Below are positions 27,216 through 36,907 of a stretch of DNA of 64,000 nucleotides, piece after piece. The DNA is taken from positions 99,140-163,139 of the forward strand of contig CAZZLD010000002.1 in assembly GCA_964655075.1 (NCBI GenBank). The letters are read 5' to 3'. The notes below the pieces were generated by a model. The model was not told where the DNA came from. It ran no database searches and was given only the letters and a program-made list of their open reading frames with translations. Within the stretch, counting starts at the first letter, position 1. Every line of letters begins with the position of its first letter. The position numbers and the translations under genes are program-made. The DNA is from an uncultured Candidatus Bathyarchaeia archaeon. Its GTDB lineage: Archaea > Thermoproteota > Bathyarchaeia > Bathyarchaeales > Bathyarchaeaceae.

Positions 27216-27519
27216 TCGCTGCCTCCGTGAGCTTAAGGATCTCTGAATCTCCCTGTTCTTTTACTGTTAAGGCTGAAACCGCAAATGGCTTTCCGCACGC
27301 CATACCTAAATCTATGCCTGTTCCCTTATAAACAATGATGGGAATTTTAGAAAGCTTACAATAATACTCAACGTCCTCTCGTGCAGTTCCTGGGCAGTTG
27401 GCTGCAACAATTATAAGCTTGGCTTTTCCGGTCTTAGCTGTTTTCACTGTGCTGTTGATCCCGAACAGGACTTTGCCGGTTTTCACGGTGGTCGCAATAG
27501 CCTTCTTTATATCCGTCAT
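27208..27519 (-). CDS. rpl30e: 50S ribosomal protein L30e (eL30)
   Basis: 103 aa. TGKVLFG.N.T.K....GKAKLIIVA.NCP pattern. Overlaps the rpoA stop and the nusA start, as in the conserved operon. Confidence 0.85.
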   Translation of the reverse strand: MTDIKKAIATTVKTGKVLFGINSTVKTAKTGKAKLIIVAANCPGTAREDVEYYCKLSKIPIIVYKGTGIDLGMACGKPFAVSALTVKEQGDSEILKLTEAANV

Positions 27520-30500
27520 TTCTTTTCCTCTTGGCGTGCAGTCGACATGTAAAGGTCAACTAAACCCGTTCCTATAGGTATGGACTGCCCCACTATTACG
27601 TTTTCGGTTACTCCCTGCAGCGGGTCACTTTCCCCTTTGATTGCCGCATCAACTATGTTCGCAACAGTGATCTCAAAGGCAGCCCTCGCGAGAACGCTGG
27701 CTTTCTCTCCGCTTATGCCATGTCTACCTATCTGCCGCACATCGCTGTTCGACGTCATAATATCTGCCACCAGCATGACGTGCCTTATGTCAACATCTAA
27801 CCCCTGCTCCTCCAACACTCCGATGGCTTCCTTAATTATCGCGTTTCTCGCTGCCTCAACTCCAAGGGTGCCAGCTATCTCGTGCACGTGATTGGTGGTT
27901 GTCCTTGTGGGGTCCACTCCAGGTATTTCAATTGCCTCAGGCATGTTTGAACCATCGGTTCGTATAACCCATTCTCCCTTTTCCTCAGTTACGAGTACTC
28001 TTCGAATGTCCTGCAGTCCTTTAATATGGTGTTCGGTAACCTTTTCAAGCAGCTTCGTGAGGTCCGACAGCTTTTTGGGCTTAAGGAAAATCTGGTCCCC
28101 CTTAGTTCTCAGCGTGCAATTAGGTAAACTCAGTTTCTCCTTCAGTTCTTCCATGCTGATGCCGCGATCCTCTATCATGGTTGGATCCAGCTGAACGACG
28201 ACTTCTCCCTTCTCAGGATCTATGTAAAGAGCCTTCGCGATATGTTTCGTTGCCGTATATATTATTTCGCGGGCTACTTTGGTGGCGGTCTCTTTGGTTT
28301 TTTGGTGTTCCTTGTCGAGGTAGATTGTCATTATAGGCGTGGAAGGTTTTCTTCGCGCGTCTACGATTTCGATGAGGCGCGGCAATCCGAGAGTAACGTT
28401 CTGCTCTCTTACTCCAGCATAGTGGAACGTCCTAAGCGTCATCTGAGTGCCTGGTTCACCTATGGATTGAGCGGCTATAACGCCAACAGCTTCGCCTGGT
28501 TCAACTAGGGCGCGCTTATAGTTTTCCACGGTTAAGGAAACCGCTTCATCTACGCCCTTTTGGGACAGCTTGGCTTTCGCCAACTCGTGGTTCAATTCTT
28601 TGACAAGAAGCGGCGTAAGTTGTGCTTCAGCCTCTTCGAGTTTCTTCTTTATGTACTGTTTAGGTGCAGGTTTTTCTTTCTCTATTGTGATTTTGATTTG
28701 TTCAACCAACCGCCTGACGTTGACGGCTTTTCCATGATCGCTTTTCGCAGGGTCAACTCCATCTTCACCGTATTTGAACTGAATTATGTCGCCAATTGAA
28801 TTTCGAACAGTTCTGTCGTATTCAATGCGTAGATGTTCTAGAGCGTTTATGAGGCGTCTCTGCATGTAGCCGCTCTGTTGCGTCCGAACCGCGGTGTCCA
28901 CGAGACCTTCCCGTCCGCCCATGGCGTGGAAGAAGAATTCAACGGGGTCCAAGCCGTCTCGATACGAAGAATACACGAACCCCCTGGCCTTAGGCGTCGA
29001 GTCCTTCTTCTTGAAGTGCGGTAATGCGCGGTCAACGTATCCACGCATGATCCGTTTCCCTCGCACAGACTGCTGCCCGACACACGCGGTCATTTGGCCG
29101 ATGTTGAGACTGGACCCTCTTGCGCCGCTGCGTGTCATGATCATGCCAGAGTTGTTTGCGCTAAACCCTTTGTCCGCAGTCTCTCCAGCCTTGTCCCTTG
29201 CCTCAGCCAGTTCATTCATAACGTAAATTTCAAACGACTCCGTGAGCGTTTGCCCGGGAAGTCTTTGAAGGGTTCCCCCGTGGTACTCCTTTATCAATTC
29301 GTTTATTCGGTCTTCAGCTTTCTTAATTACCCTATCGATTTTGTTTTTGGCAGTGGCGGACAACTCAAGTTCGTCGAATGAGTAGGTGAATCCACGCATG
29401 GTCATGAAGAGCTTAAGAAGCCGGCATATGCGGTTAAGGAACTGCCTTCCTGCTTGAGAGCCGTAATCCTTTATGATTCGGTGAAGAAGGCTCTCTGACT
29501 GTTCAGCTCCTATGGCGCTCCTGTCGATTACTCCGCTTTTTAAAACTCCGTTTTTGATAACCACGTAAGCGTCATACTCGCAGTCTTCATAGGTGCAAAC
29601 AGCGCAGCCGCGGCAAGTTATTGCCTTCAAAGTGTAGTTTAGGCCTTTAGGTATGAAGAGGCTGAATATCTGTTTTCCTGTCCACAGCGGCTCAGGTTTT
29701 TCGACTTCAGGTTCAGGAAGTGGGTCTTCGTAGCCTGCGGTTGATAAAAGCTTACAGACCTCTTCTTTTTTTAGATATGTGTTCTTTTGAGTGAACAGGT
29801 AAGCGGCGGTTATGAAGTCTCTGATTGCTCCTATGATGGGCCCACCGAACCGCGGTGAAAGAATCTGGTCTTGAACTTGCATGAGGAGGCGTGCTTCAGT
29901 TTTTGCTTCCTCGCTTTGTGGTACATGGAGGTTCATTTCGTCCCCGTCGAAGTCAGCGTTGTACGGTGGGCAAACGCAGAGGTGAAGACGAAATGTTCTG
30001 TCAGGTAAAACTCGGACGTAATGCGCCATGATCGACATTCGGTGAAGCGAAGGTTGCCTGTTAAAAATTGCTATGTCACCGTCTTTTAGGTGGCGTTCCA
30101 CGATGAAGCCTGGCTCTAAAGCCTCAGCGACCTTCTCTCGCTCAACAACGAATTCTAGTCGAACACGTTTTCCGTCAGGTCTTACAATGTAGAGCGCACC
30201 GGGATAGTTGTCAGGACCATTAATCACCAGCTTCCGCGCTTCTTCAACGTTCCAGGTTGTGATCTTCTCGGGAACCGAAAGTCTCATAGCAATGTCCATG
30301 GGAACGCCGACTTCGCTTATGTCAATGTCCGGATCGGGAGAGATGACAGTTCGCGCTGAAAAGTCAACTCTCTTCCCAGATAGGTTACTTCTGAATCTTC
30401 CTTCCTTGCCTTTAAGGCGCTGCGCCAAGGTTTTCAGCGCTCTGCCTGAGCGGTGTCTCGCTGGTGGGATACCTGAGGCTTCATTGTTAAAGTACGTTGT

Positions 30501-31334
30501 CACGTGATATTGTAGAAGTTCAGATAGGTCTTGGATGATGAGGGTGGGTGCGCCTGCTTCCATGTTTTCTTTCAGTCGTTGATTTATGCGGATGATGTCA
30601 ACAAGTTTGTGGGTTAGGTCGTCCTCAGACCGTATTCCAGACTCCAACGTTATTGAGGGTCTTACGTAAAGCGGCGGAACTGGGAGAACCTGCAGAATCA
30701 TCCATTCTGGGCGGGCGCTTTTCGGGTTCAAACCTAAAATTTCAAGGTCTTCGTCGGGTATGCGTTCAAGCCGTTCTCTAATCATGCTCGGCGTCAACCG
30801 CTGTGCTCCTTCTTCCAGAACTTCGTGGAAAGCCGTGGGCTTTGAGAACTCTATTTTGTACTGTAGCGCCCCGCAGTGTGGACATTCCTTAGCTTTTTTG
30901 GCTTCCAGCAGCACTTTTTTGTAAAGTCGGTCAGGCACCACGCCCATTAAATTGTGGACACGGATGATTCGGGCTTTGATTTTCTCAATTACGTTTGTTG
31001 GCAACAGCACGCGTCCGCAGTTTCTGCAAACAGATCGGATGAGGTTGTAAATTATTTTGGTGTATTCAACATGAATAACTGGAACTGCCAACTCGATGTG
31101 ACCGAAGTGCCCTGGACATCTGGCGGCGGTGTTGCCGCAGGTTTTGCATCGTTGCCTCGGCTCAAGGGTTCCTAATCTTCCGTCCATAAGCCCTGACATG
31201 ATCGGAGCGCCGTCTTCATCATATGTGTCCGCGGTTTGTATTTCTGCTACTGAGAACCGGCGGACCTCTTGAGGCGACAGCACTCCAAATTTGATTTCGT
31301 CAACGATTTTATGTACAGCTTCTTCAATCGCCAT
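27516..31334 (-). CDS. rpoA: DNA-directed RNA polymerase subunit A (Rpo1), unsplit A'+A'' fusion
   Basis: Single 1272-aa ORF. It contains A' motifs (zinc site CKTCGNTAARCPGHFGHIEL, catalytic NADFDGDEMNLH) and A'' motifs (SIGEPGTQMTLRTFHYAG trigger loop) in one frame with no internal stop. Confidence 0.95.
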   Translation of the reverse strand: MAIEEAVHKIVDEIKFGVLSPQEVRRFSVAEIQTADTYDEDGAPIMSGLMDGRLGTLEPRQRCKTCGNTAARCPGHFGHIELAVPVIHVEYTKIIYNLIRSVCRNCGRVLLPTNVIEKIKARIIRVHNLMGVVPDRLYKKVLLEAKKAKECPHCGALQYKIEFSKPTAFHEVLEEGAQRLTPSMIRERLERIPDEDLEILGLNPKSARPEWMILQVLPVPPLYVRPSITLESGIRSEDDLTHKLVDIIRINQRLKENMEAGAPTLIIQDLSELLQYHVTTYFNNEASGIPPARHRSGRALKTLAQRLKGKEGRFRSNLSGKRVDFSARTVISPDPDIDISEVGVPMDIAMRLSVPEKITTWNVEEARKLVINGPDNYPGALYIVRPDGKRVRLEFVVEREKVAEALEPGFIVERHLKDGDIAIFNRQPSLHRMSIMAHYVRVLPDRTFRLHLCVCPPYNADFDGDEMNLHVPQSEEAKTEARLLMQVQDQILSPRFGGPIIGAIRDFITAAYLFTQKNTYLKKEEVCKLLSTAGYEDPLPEPEVEKPEPLWTGKQIFSLFIPKGLNYTLKAITCRGCAVCTYEDCEYDAYVVIKNGVLKSGVIDRSAIGAEQSESLLHRIIKDYGSQAGRQFLNRICRLLKLFMTMRGFTYSFDELELSATAKNKIDRVIKKAEDRINELIKEYHGGTLQRLPGQTLTESFEIYVMNELAEARDKAGETADKGFSANNSGMIMTRSGARGSSLNIGQMTACVGQQSVRGKRIMRGYVDRALPHFKKKDSTPKARGFVYSSYRDGLDPVEFFFHAMGGREGLVDTAVRTQQSGYMQRRLINALEHLRIEYDRTVRNSIGDIIQFKYGEDGVDPAKSDHGKAVNVRRLVEQIKITIEKEKPAPKQYIKKKLEEAEAQLTPLLVKELNHELAKAKLSQKGVDEAVSLTVENYKRALVEPGEAVGVIAAQSIGEPGTQMTLRTFHYAGVREQNVTLGLPRLIEIVDARRKPSTPIMTIYLDKEHQKTKETATKVAREIIYTATKHIAKALYIDPEKGEVVVQLDPTMIEDRGISMEELKEKLSLPNCTLRTKGDQIFLKPKKLSDLTKLLEKVTEHHIKGLQDIRRVLVTEEKGEWVIRTDGSNMPEAIEIPGVDPTRTTTNHVHEIAGTLGVEAARNAIIKEAIGVLEEQGLDVDIRHVMLVADIMTSNSDVRQIGRHGISGEKASVLARAAFEITVANIVDAAIKGESDPLQGVTENVIVGQSIPIGTGLVDLYMSTARQEEKK

Positions 31335-31335
31335 T

Positions 31336-34300
31336 TTATGCTCGCTCCTTCAGTTTGAGGCGTGGCGTCACGCACAGGCTCGTAAGTTCCTGTAGGAGAA
31401 GCTTAAAGGCGTAGGAAACGATAACTGGGGAAATTTGGGCTTTTTCCTCGCAGATTCGGCACACGTAGCTGCGTTGTCTAATGTCGTAGTAGGCAATGTA
31501 ACCGCATCGTTCACAAACATAAAGCAAATATCTGTCCGATTCCTCGAGCAATCGATCCCGCAGCAACATGGCGGCTCCATGCCCAAGCAAACAGTCTCTC
31601 TCCATTTCGCCGAACCGCAATCCGCCTCCTCTAGCCCGCCCCTCTGTAGGCTGCCTCGTGAGCATTTGAACTTGACCTCGCGCCCGGGCGTGAATTTTAT
31701 CTCGAACCATGTGGTGAAGCTTTTGATAGTATACGATGCCCATGAAAACGTCCGCCACGAACTTCTCGCCTGTTATGCCGTTATAAAGAACCTCTCGACC
31801 GGTGTGACTGAACCCTAACTCAACGAGCATCCGCTTCAGACTTTCCGGCTTTTCATTTATGAAAGGTGTTCCGTCAACGGGTTTGCCGCTTGCCGCTGAA
31901 ACTTTTCCAGCCATGGATTCGAGGAACTGTCCAATGGTCATTCTCGACGGAATGGCGTGAGGGTTTATGATAACGTCTGGAACTATGCCGTTTGCCGAGA
32001 AAGGTATGTCCTCTTGAGGTACGATCATTCCTATAACGCCTTTCTGTCCATGGCGGGATGCGAATTTGTCACCTAGTTCGGGAATGCGCTGATCTCGAAC
32101 TCTGACTTTCACGAGTTTGCTTCCGTCGCGTGTTTCCGTAATGAAGACAGCGTCAACCGTGCCTGTTTCGGCAGGTCTCATATCCACAGAAGTGTCTCTC
32201 ATGGTGGGTCCTTTAACCTCAAACTCCTTGTATTCTTCGAGGAATCGGGGTGGGCTTGTCCTTCCGATGAGAACATCTCCTCCAGCCACGTCGGATTCTA
32301 GGCTGATGATTCCGTCTGGTTCAAGTAGGCGGTAGTATTGTTCTCCGCGGTATCCTCGGATGCCGGGTTCAGGTTTGGTGAATCGGTCTCTTAATCCACC
32401 CAGGTACTGCCGACATTCAGCGTCGTAAATTCGATAGAACGTTGAGCGCGCTAAGCCTCGTTCTATGGACGCTTTGTTGAAGATTATAGCGTCTTCCATG
32501 TTGTAACCTTCAAACGACAGCAGAGCGACGATGCAATTCTGTCCTGAAGGGCGAAGATCGTATCCAATTACGTCCATGGGTTTCGTTTTAATTATGGGCG
32601 TCTGCGGGTAGTGCAGAACATGGGATCGGGAGTCAACGCGTAGAAGGAAGTTCGTCGTGTTGATTCCGAGGGCTTGTTTTGCCATGGCTGCTTCGTAGGA
32701 GTTGCGGGGAGACTGGTTGTGTTCCGCGTACGGTATGATGGAAGCGCATATGCCAAGAATGGTATAGGGCGCTATTTCTATGTGCGTGTTTTCAGTCGTA
32801 ATTTTATCAAAATTTAGGGCTACAAGCACGTTTTCCTCTTCTTCTGCATCGAGGTACTCGATTATTCCCCGATTGACAAGTTCCTCCCACTTCCACTCGC
32901 CTGAACAGATTCTTTCAATGTGTTCTGGCTGTAGCTTGGAGACGCCGTCTTCAACAACAATTAGCGAACGCCGCGTACGTCCTGCATCGCAATTAACGTA
33001 AATTTCCTTGCGTTTCCCCTCTGAGAAGTAGGCAACATTTACCTCAGTTGAAATCTCGCCGATTCTACGTCTCTTCCGCAGCTCAGCAGCTAACTCTTTG
33101 GGTGTTGCGCAGTACCCAATGAGGCATCCATCTAGGAAAACCTTGGCGCCGGATTCACGTATTGACGAGGTTATCTCTTGGATGGGAATTACATCCATCT
33201 GATAGAGGGTTTGTTTCACTGTTTCAGGGTTGACTCCAACGGATATGGAGGCTGATAAGGCGAGGTTTTTAACCAGACCACAGTTTGATCCTTCAGGGGT
33301 TTCGTTTGGGCACAGTCTTCCCCAATGGGTTGGATGTAGGTCTCGAGCTTCAAAGTTGGGTTGGCTGCGGCTGAGCGGCGATTGTAGCCTTCTAAGGTGG
33401 CTGAGGGTGGAAACGCGGTTTGTTCTGTCGAGAAGTTGAGTAACGCCAACTCGTCCTCTTCCCCAATTCCCTGTTGCGAGGGCGTGTTTAACGCGATCAG
33501 CAACTATTCCGGGACGAACTGCAGCTGAAATCGCGACTCTGTGCCGTTTAGTGCCCATTCGCTCAAGCTGATATTTAATGTCGCGGCAGAGATTTCTGAA
33601 AGCTATTCTGAAAAGGTCGGCGAGTAGGGGACCAGCAAGTTTTAAGCGTTTATTCTTAAAGTGGTCCTTGTCGTCTGGGTTTCGCTTTCCAAGCTTTAAT
33701 TCAATAATGCGACACGCCATCTCACCGAGGAAGAAGGCTTTTTCTCGACGTTGCTCTTTTGTGCGACCAATGTGGGGCATAAAGTTTCGGTCGATGATGC
33801 TTTCAGCTCTTTTTCGGCGGTATTCTTCAACCTGTCCGTGGGCCACGCGATTTCCAATAAACATTATAGCGTCTTCAATAGTGTTGATGCCTTCTGCTTT
33901 TTCGAAGGAAGCCTCAAGCTGGTTCTGTGTGTCCTTTTCTGGGGAGACGGCTTCCGCGATTTCTCTGTCGGACTCCAAACCGAGCGCGCGCATTATAATT
34001 ACGAAAGGTATTTCGGTTGGGACGCTTGGCATTGAAGCGTAAATGGTTCCGTCTGACTTTAGTTTCAGCTGGATTCTCGCTCTGAATCCGACGGTTGTTG
34101 AAAACACTTTAGCTTCGTAAACCGGATTTACTCCACGTGTGTCAACGTCCACGAGGATGTGGTTTGGAGCCAAGTCTTCCATGGCTACGATGACGCGTTC
34201 AGAGCCGTTTATGATGAAGTATCCACTTGGATCGTCCGGGTCTTCCCCGTGTGCAATCAGCTCTTCAGGAGTCATCTGAGAGAGGAAGCAGAGCTTAGAT

Positions 34301-34692
34301 TTCAACATAACCGGCAGGTCGCCTATCATAATCAGCTCAGGCTCCTGCTCTCTACCGTCGATCATCGGGGTCATCTCGAGGGCTATGGGCGCAGCGTAGC
34401 TTAGGCTGCGGAACCTTGCCTCTAAGGGATAGATTTCATGTTTTGTGCCGTCGACCTCTGTGATGTAGGGTCCGCTGACTTTTGACACGGGGTCTAGAAT
34501 CCAAATGCGTCCGAGCTTTATTTTGTACGGTCTTTCTGGAACCTCGATTTCTATTTCCCCTGTTTCATCAATTACCTCTTGGAGACCGTGGTCGATGAAC
34601 TCGTTGTAGGAATCTAGGTGTTGCCTAACCAGTCCCTTCTCCTCGAAGAAGGATTTTTGAAGGGCCAAAAGGTCGTTGTTTGAGATTTCCAA
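31336..34692 (-). CDS. rpoB: DNA-directed RNA polymerase subunit B (Rpo2), unsplit
   Basis: 1118 aa. GDKFASRHGQKGV, LRFGEMERDCL and a C-terminal Zn ribbon CERCG...CRIC. TTG start (complement of 34690-34692) with GGGGGT upstream. Confidence 0.95.
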   Translation of the reverse strand: MEISNNDLLALQKSFFEEKGLVRQHLDSYNEFIDHGLQEVIDETGEIEIEVPERPYKIKLGRIWILDPVSKVSGPYITEVDGTKHEIYPLEARFRSLSYAAPIALEMTPMIDGREQEPELIMIGDLPVMLKSKLCFLSQMTPEELIAHGEDPDDPSGYFIINGSERVIVAMEDLAPNHILVDVDTRGVNPVYEAKVFSTTVGFRARIQLKLKSDGTIYASMPSVPTEIPFVIIMRALGLESDREIAEAVSPEKDTQNQLEASFEKAEGINTIEDAIMFIGNRVAHGQVEEYRRKRAESIIDRNFMPHIGRTKEQRREKAFFLGEMACRIIELKLGKRNPDDKDHFKNKRLKLAGPLLADLFRIAFRNLCRDIKYQLERMGTKRHRVAISAAVRPGIVADRVKHALATGNWGRGRVGVTQLLDRTNRVSTLSHLRRLQSPLSRSQPNFEARDLHPTHWGRLCPNETPEGSNCGLVKNLALSASISVGVNPETVKQTLYQMDVIPIQEITSSIRESGAKVFLDGCLIGYCATPKELAAELRKRRRIGEISTEVNVAYFSEGKRKEIYVNCDAGRTRRSLIVVEDGVSKLQPEHIERICSGEWKWEELVNRGIIEYLDAEEEENVLVALNFDKITTENTHIEIAPYTILGICASIIPYAEHNQSPRNSYEAAMAKQALGINTTNFLLRVDSRSHVLHYPQTPIIKTKPMDVIGYDLRPSGQNCIVALLSFEGYNMEDAIIFNKASIERGLARSTFYRIYDAECRQYLGGLRDRFTKPEPGIRGYRGEQYYRLLEPDGIISLESDVAGGDVLIGRTSPPRFLEEYKEFEVKGPTMRDTSVDMRPAETGTVDAVFITETRDGSKLVKVRVRDQRIPELGDKFASRHGQKGVIGMIVPQEDIPFSANGIVPDVIINPHAIPSRMTIGQFLESMAGKVSAASGKPVDGTPFINEKPESLKRMLVELGFSHTGREVLYNGITGEKFVADVFMGIVYYQKLHHMVRDKIHARARGQVQMLTRQPTEGRARGGGLRFGEMERDCLLGHGAAMLLRDRLLEESDRYLLYVCERCGYIAYYDIRQRSYVCRICEEKAQISPVIVSYAFKLLLQELTSLCVTPRLKLKERA

Positions 34693-35159
34693 ACTTACTT
34701 AATACCCCCATAAACCTGACGAAGTACCACTTAAACGCTCTAAGGCTAGCCTTTTTCTAAACGTGAGCATTCCTCCAACAGCCTGCGTCATCCAACCCGA
34801 AAAACCGGGCCTCCGGAGGCTGGGTTACAGCCATTTTGGGAAGCTACACACTAAACCACAGAGCATATTAATAAACTTTACCATGTTAATTTCCGCTTTC
34901 TGAACAGTATCAGGTCGTTATGTGTGCAGACGTATTCAAATCTGGCCTCTACTAAGCCTTTGGCTTCGTCTATCGTTTTGCAACAACTGAATGATATTGG
35001 TCGCTTTCAGATTGAACCAGATGCGTGTCGATAAGTACGTTCTCTATTCGCCTATATTGAAGTGCCCTGAAAAATTTAAGGTTAAAAATGTGTCGATTTC
35101 CGTGTCGCAGTTATTTTTGTTTTGGAATTAAGGTTTATCAATTTGATTTACTGTAGAAG

Positions 35160-36884
35160 TTGCAGAGGAAGTATGCTGTGAAGCTTAATGCAGTTAAGTT
35201 ATTTTTGATCTTCTGCATTTTCTTTTCCGTATCTTTTGGAATTGTCCACGCGAGCAACCAAGTCATGATAGAATTCTTTTACTGGGACCCATCCACCGAC
35301 CCTCTTTATTGCTCATCATGTCCCTCTTGGATAACGCTTTATGAAGATTTCTTGAGCAAAAACGAGACCTTGAATAGCATTCAAAGCGAGTATGGAAGCA
35401 ACGTTTTAGTTGAATGGATAGAGTACTACTCTGAGGAGGGTCAAGAAAAAGCGGCTTCATATGGTATTACTTCATTTAACTCAGTGATGATAAATGGCGA
35501 AGTCAAAGTTGAAGGGGAATTTAATGAAACATCCTTGAGGAAAATAATTGATGCTTACCTAATTCATGATGTTGCAGTTTTAAGTGTTGTTCCGGCATCT
35601 AACAGCATACGTGTCGGTGATATCCTTAACATAAATGCTACTGTGAAGAATGAAGGAAACTATGTTGAATCATTTAACGTTACAGCTTATTATGACGCGA
35701 ATGTTGTTGAAACCTTGTTTGTAGATGGTTTAGCTCCTAACGTCGAAACTACGCTAGTTTTCCGCTGGAACACCCAAAACATCACCGAAGGTAACTATAC
35801 CATAAGCGCTCGCGCGGACACGCTTCCGGAAGAAGAAGAAACCGACGATAATGTGCGCTACGGGAGCGTTGTAGAAGTTAGAGCTTCACAAACTCCAACG
35901 ATTAGACACGATGTTGCTATCATTTCAGTTATTCCGTCTCACAAGGTTATCACTGCGGGTGAAACAATAAATATTATAGTTAATGTTAGAAATGTAGGAA
36001 CAGAAACTGAAAGTTTTAACGTCAACGTTTACTGCGGAGAGTTATTAATTGGCACATTACCTGTCGTAGATTTGAGTCCCAGCAGCGGAGTCACTTTAAC
36101 TTTCGTTTGGAACACATCGAATGTAACGCCCAACAGCTATTCTGTCCGCGCTGAGGCAGGACCTGTCACAAATGAAACCTTCACCGGAGATAACGTTTAC
36201 GTTTATGGTGATGTGGAGGTCACTCCCCAAGCATCGCCTGTTAACATCATCGCAATCCTCGCACTTGCCTTTTCTTTCGGTTTTTTTGAAACTTTTTCTC
36301 CATGTTTAATGGTGCTTTTGTCTTTCATACTCAGCTACACGCTTGGAAAAATAACTCGGTTTAAAGAAGGCATGTTGCAAGTCATGTTTTTTGGGGTTGG
36401 CTTCGTAGTTGCCGCTGCGTTGGTTGTATTAGCTGTTGGACTAATGTTCCTCTTCATGTGGGCACTTCGATACATTTTAACGTGGATTGTTTGCGTTTTA
36501 GCCATCTTTCTCGGACTTAATTTGTTAGGTCTGTTTAAAACAACATTTTTTGAGACGAAGCCTTTGATCAAAAACCTATCAAGAAAATACGCCTTTACGT
36601 ATGGTGGGCTTTTTTTACTAGGTTTGCTTTTCTATTTTCTTGACCCTTGTATCGCGCCTATTTTTGTCGCCATGTTGCCTATGCTGTCGTTTAAATACAT
36701 GCCGCTTATCGTCCTCGTTTTTTCTCTCGGGGTCATCCTCCCATTCATCATTGTAGGAGTGTTTGCGGGTTCCATATCCAAGCTGGTAAGAGGCACATAC
36801 AGACATAAATCTAAAATTCGCGCAGTTAGCGGCTTAATTTTAATAGCTTATGCCCTATACCTCATCATCTTCTATCTTCTCTAA
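35160..36884 (+). CDS. Fusion protein: signal peptide, thioredoxin-like CxxC domain, 2 CARDB domains, CcdA/DsbD-type transmembrane thiol-disulfide electron conduit
   Basis: 574 aa. CSSCPSW in a Trx-like ~100-aa N-domain. CARDB starts HDVAVLSVVP and HDVAIISVIP. C-terminal ~6 TM with the two CcdA hallmark Pro-Cys motifs (FETFSPCLMVLL and FYFLDPCIAPIF). Confidence 0.7.
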   Translation: MQRKYAVKLNAVKLFLIFCIFFSVSFGIVHASNQVMIEFFYWDPSTDPLYCSSCPSWITLYEDFLSKNETLNSIQSEYGSNVLVEWIEYYSEEGQEKAASYGITSFNSVMINGEVKVEGEFNETSLRKIIDAYLIHDVAVLSVVPASNSIRVGDILNINATVKNEGNYVESFNVTAYYDANVVETLFVDGLAPNVETTLVFRWNTQNITEGNYTISARADTLPEEEETDDNVRYGSVVEVRASQTPTIRHDVAIISVIPSHKVITAGETINIIVNVRNVGTETESFNVNVYCGELLIGTLPVVDLSPSSGVTLTFVWNTSNVTPNSYSVRAEAGPVTNETFTGDNVYVYGDVEVTPQASPVNIIAILALAFSFGFFETFSPCLMVLLSFILSYTLGKITRFKEGMLQVMFFGVGFVVAAALVVLAVGLMFLFMWALRYILTWIVCVLAIFLGLNLLGLFKTTFFETKPLIKNLSRKYAFTYGGLFLLGLLFYFLDPCIAPIFVAMLPMLSFKYMPLIVLVFSLGVILPFIIVGVFAGSISKLVRGTYRHKSKIRAVSGLILIAYALYLIIFYLL

Positions 36885-36907
36885 AAAGCATCAGCACTTC
36901 TTCGGAG

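Noticed and set aside
27580-34404. Numerous 60-150-aa ORFs on the plus strand (and out-of-frame minus ORFs) inside rpoA and rpoB
   Set aside because: They are antisense or out-of-frame shadows of two very well supported long genes. Their products are low complexity (Ser/Arg/Leu-rich) with no motifs.
34693-35159. Searched for rpoH and for a C/D-box sRNA (CTGA followed by ATGATA near 34987-34998)
   Set aside because: No frame resembling RpoH. The box candidates lack a proper C box (RUGAUGA) and terminal D box at the required ~12-nt guide spacing.
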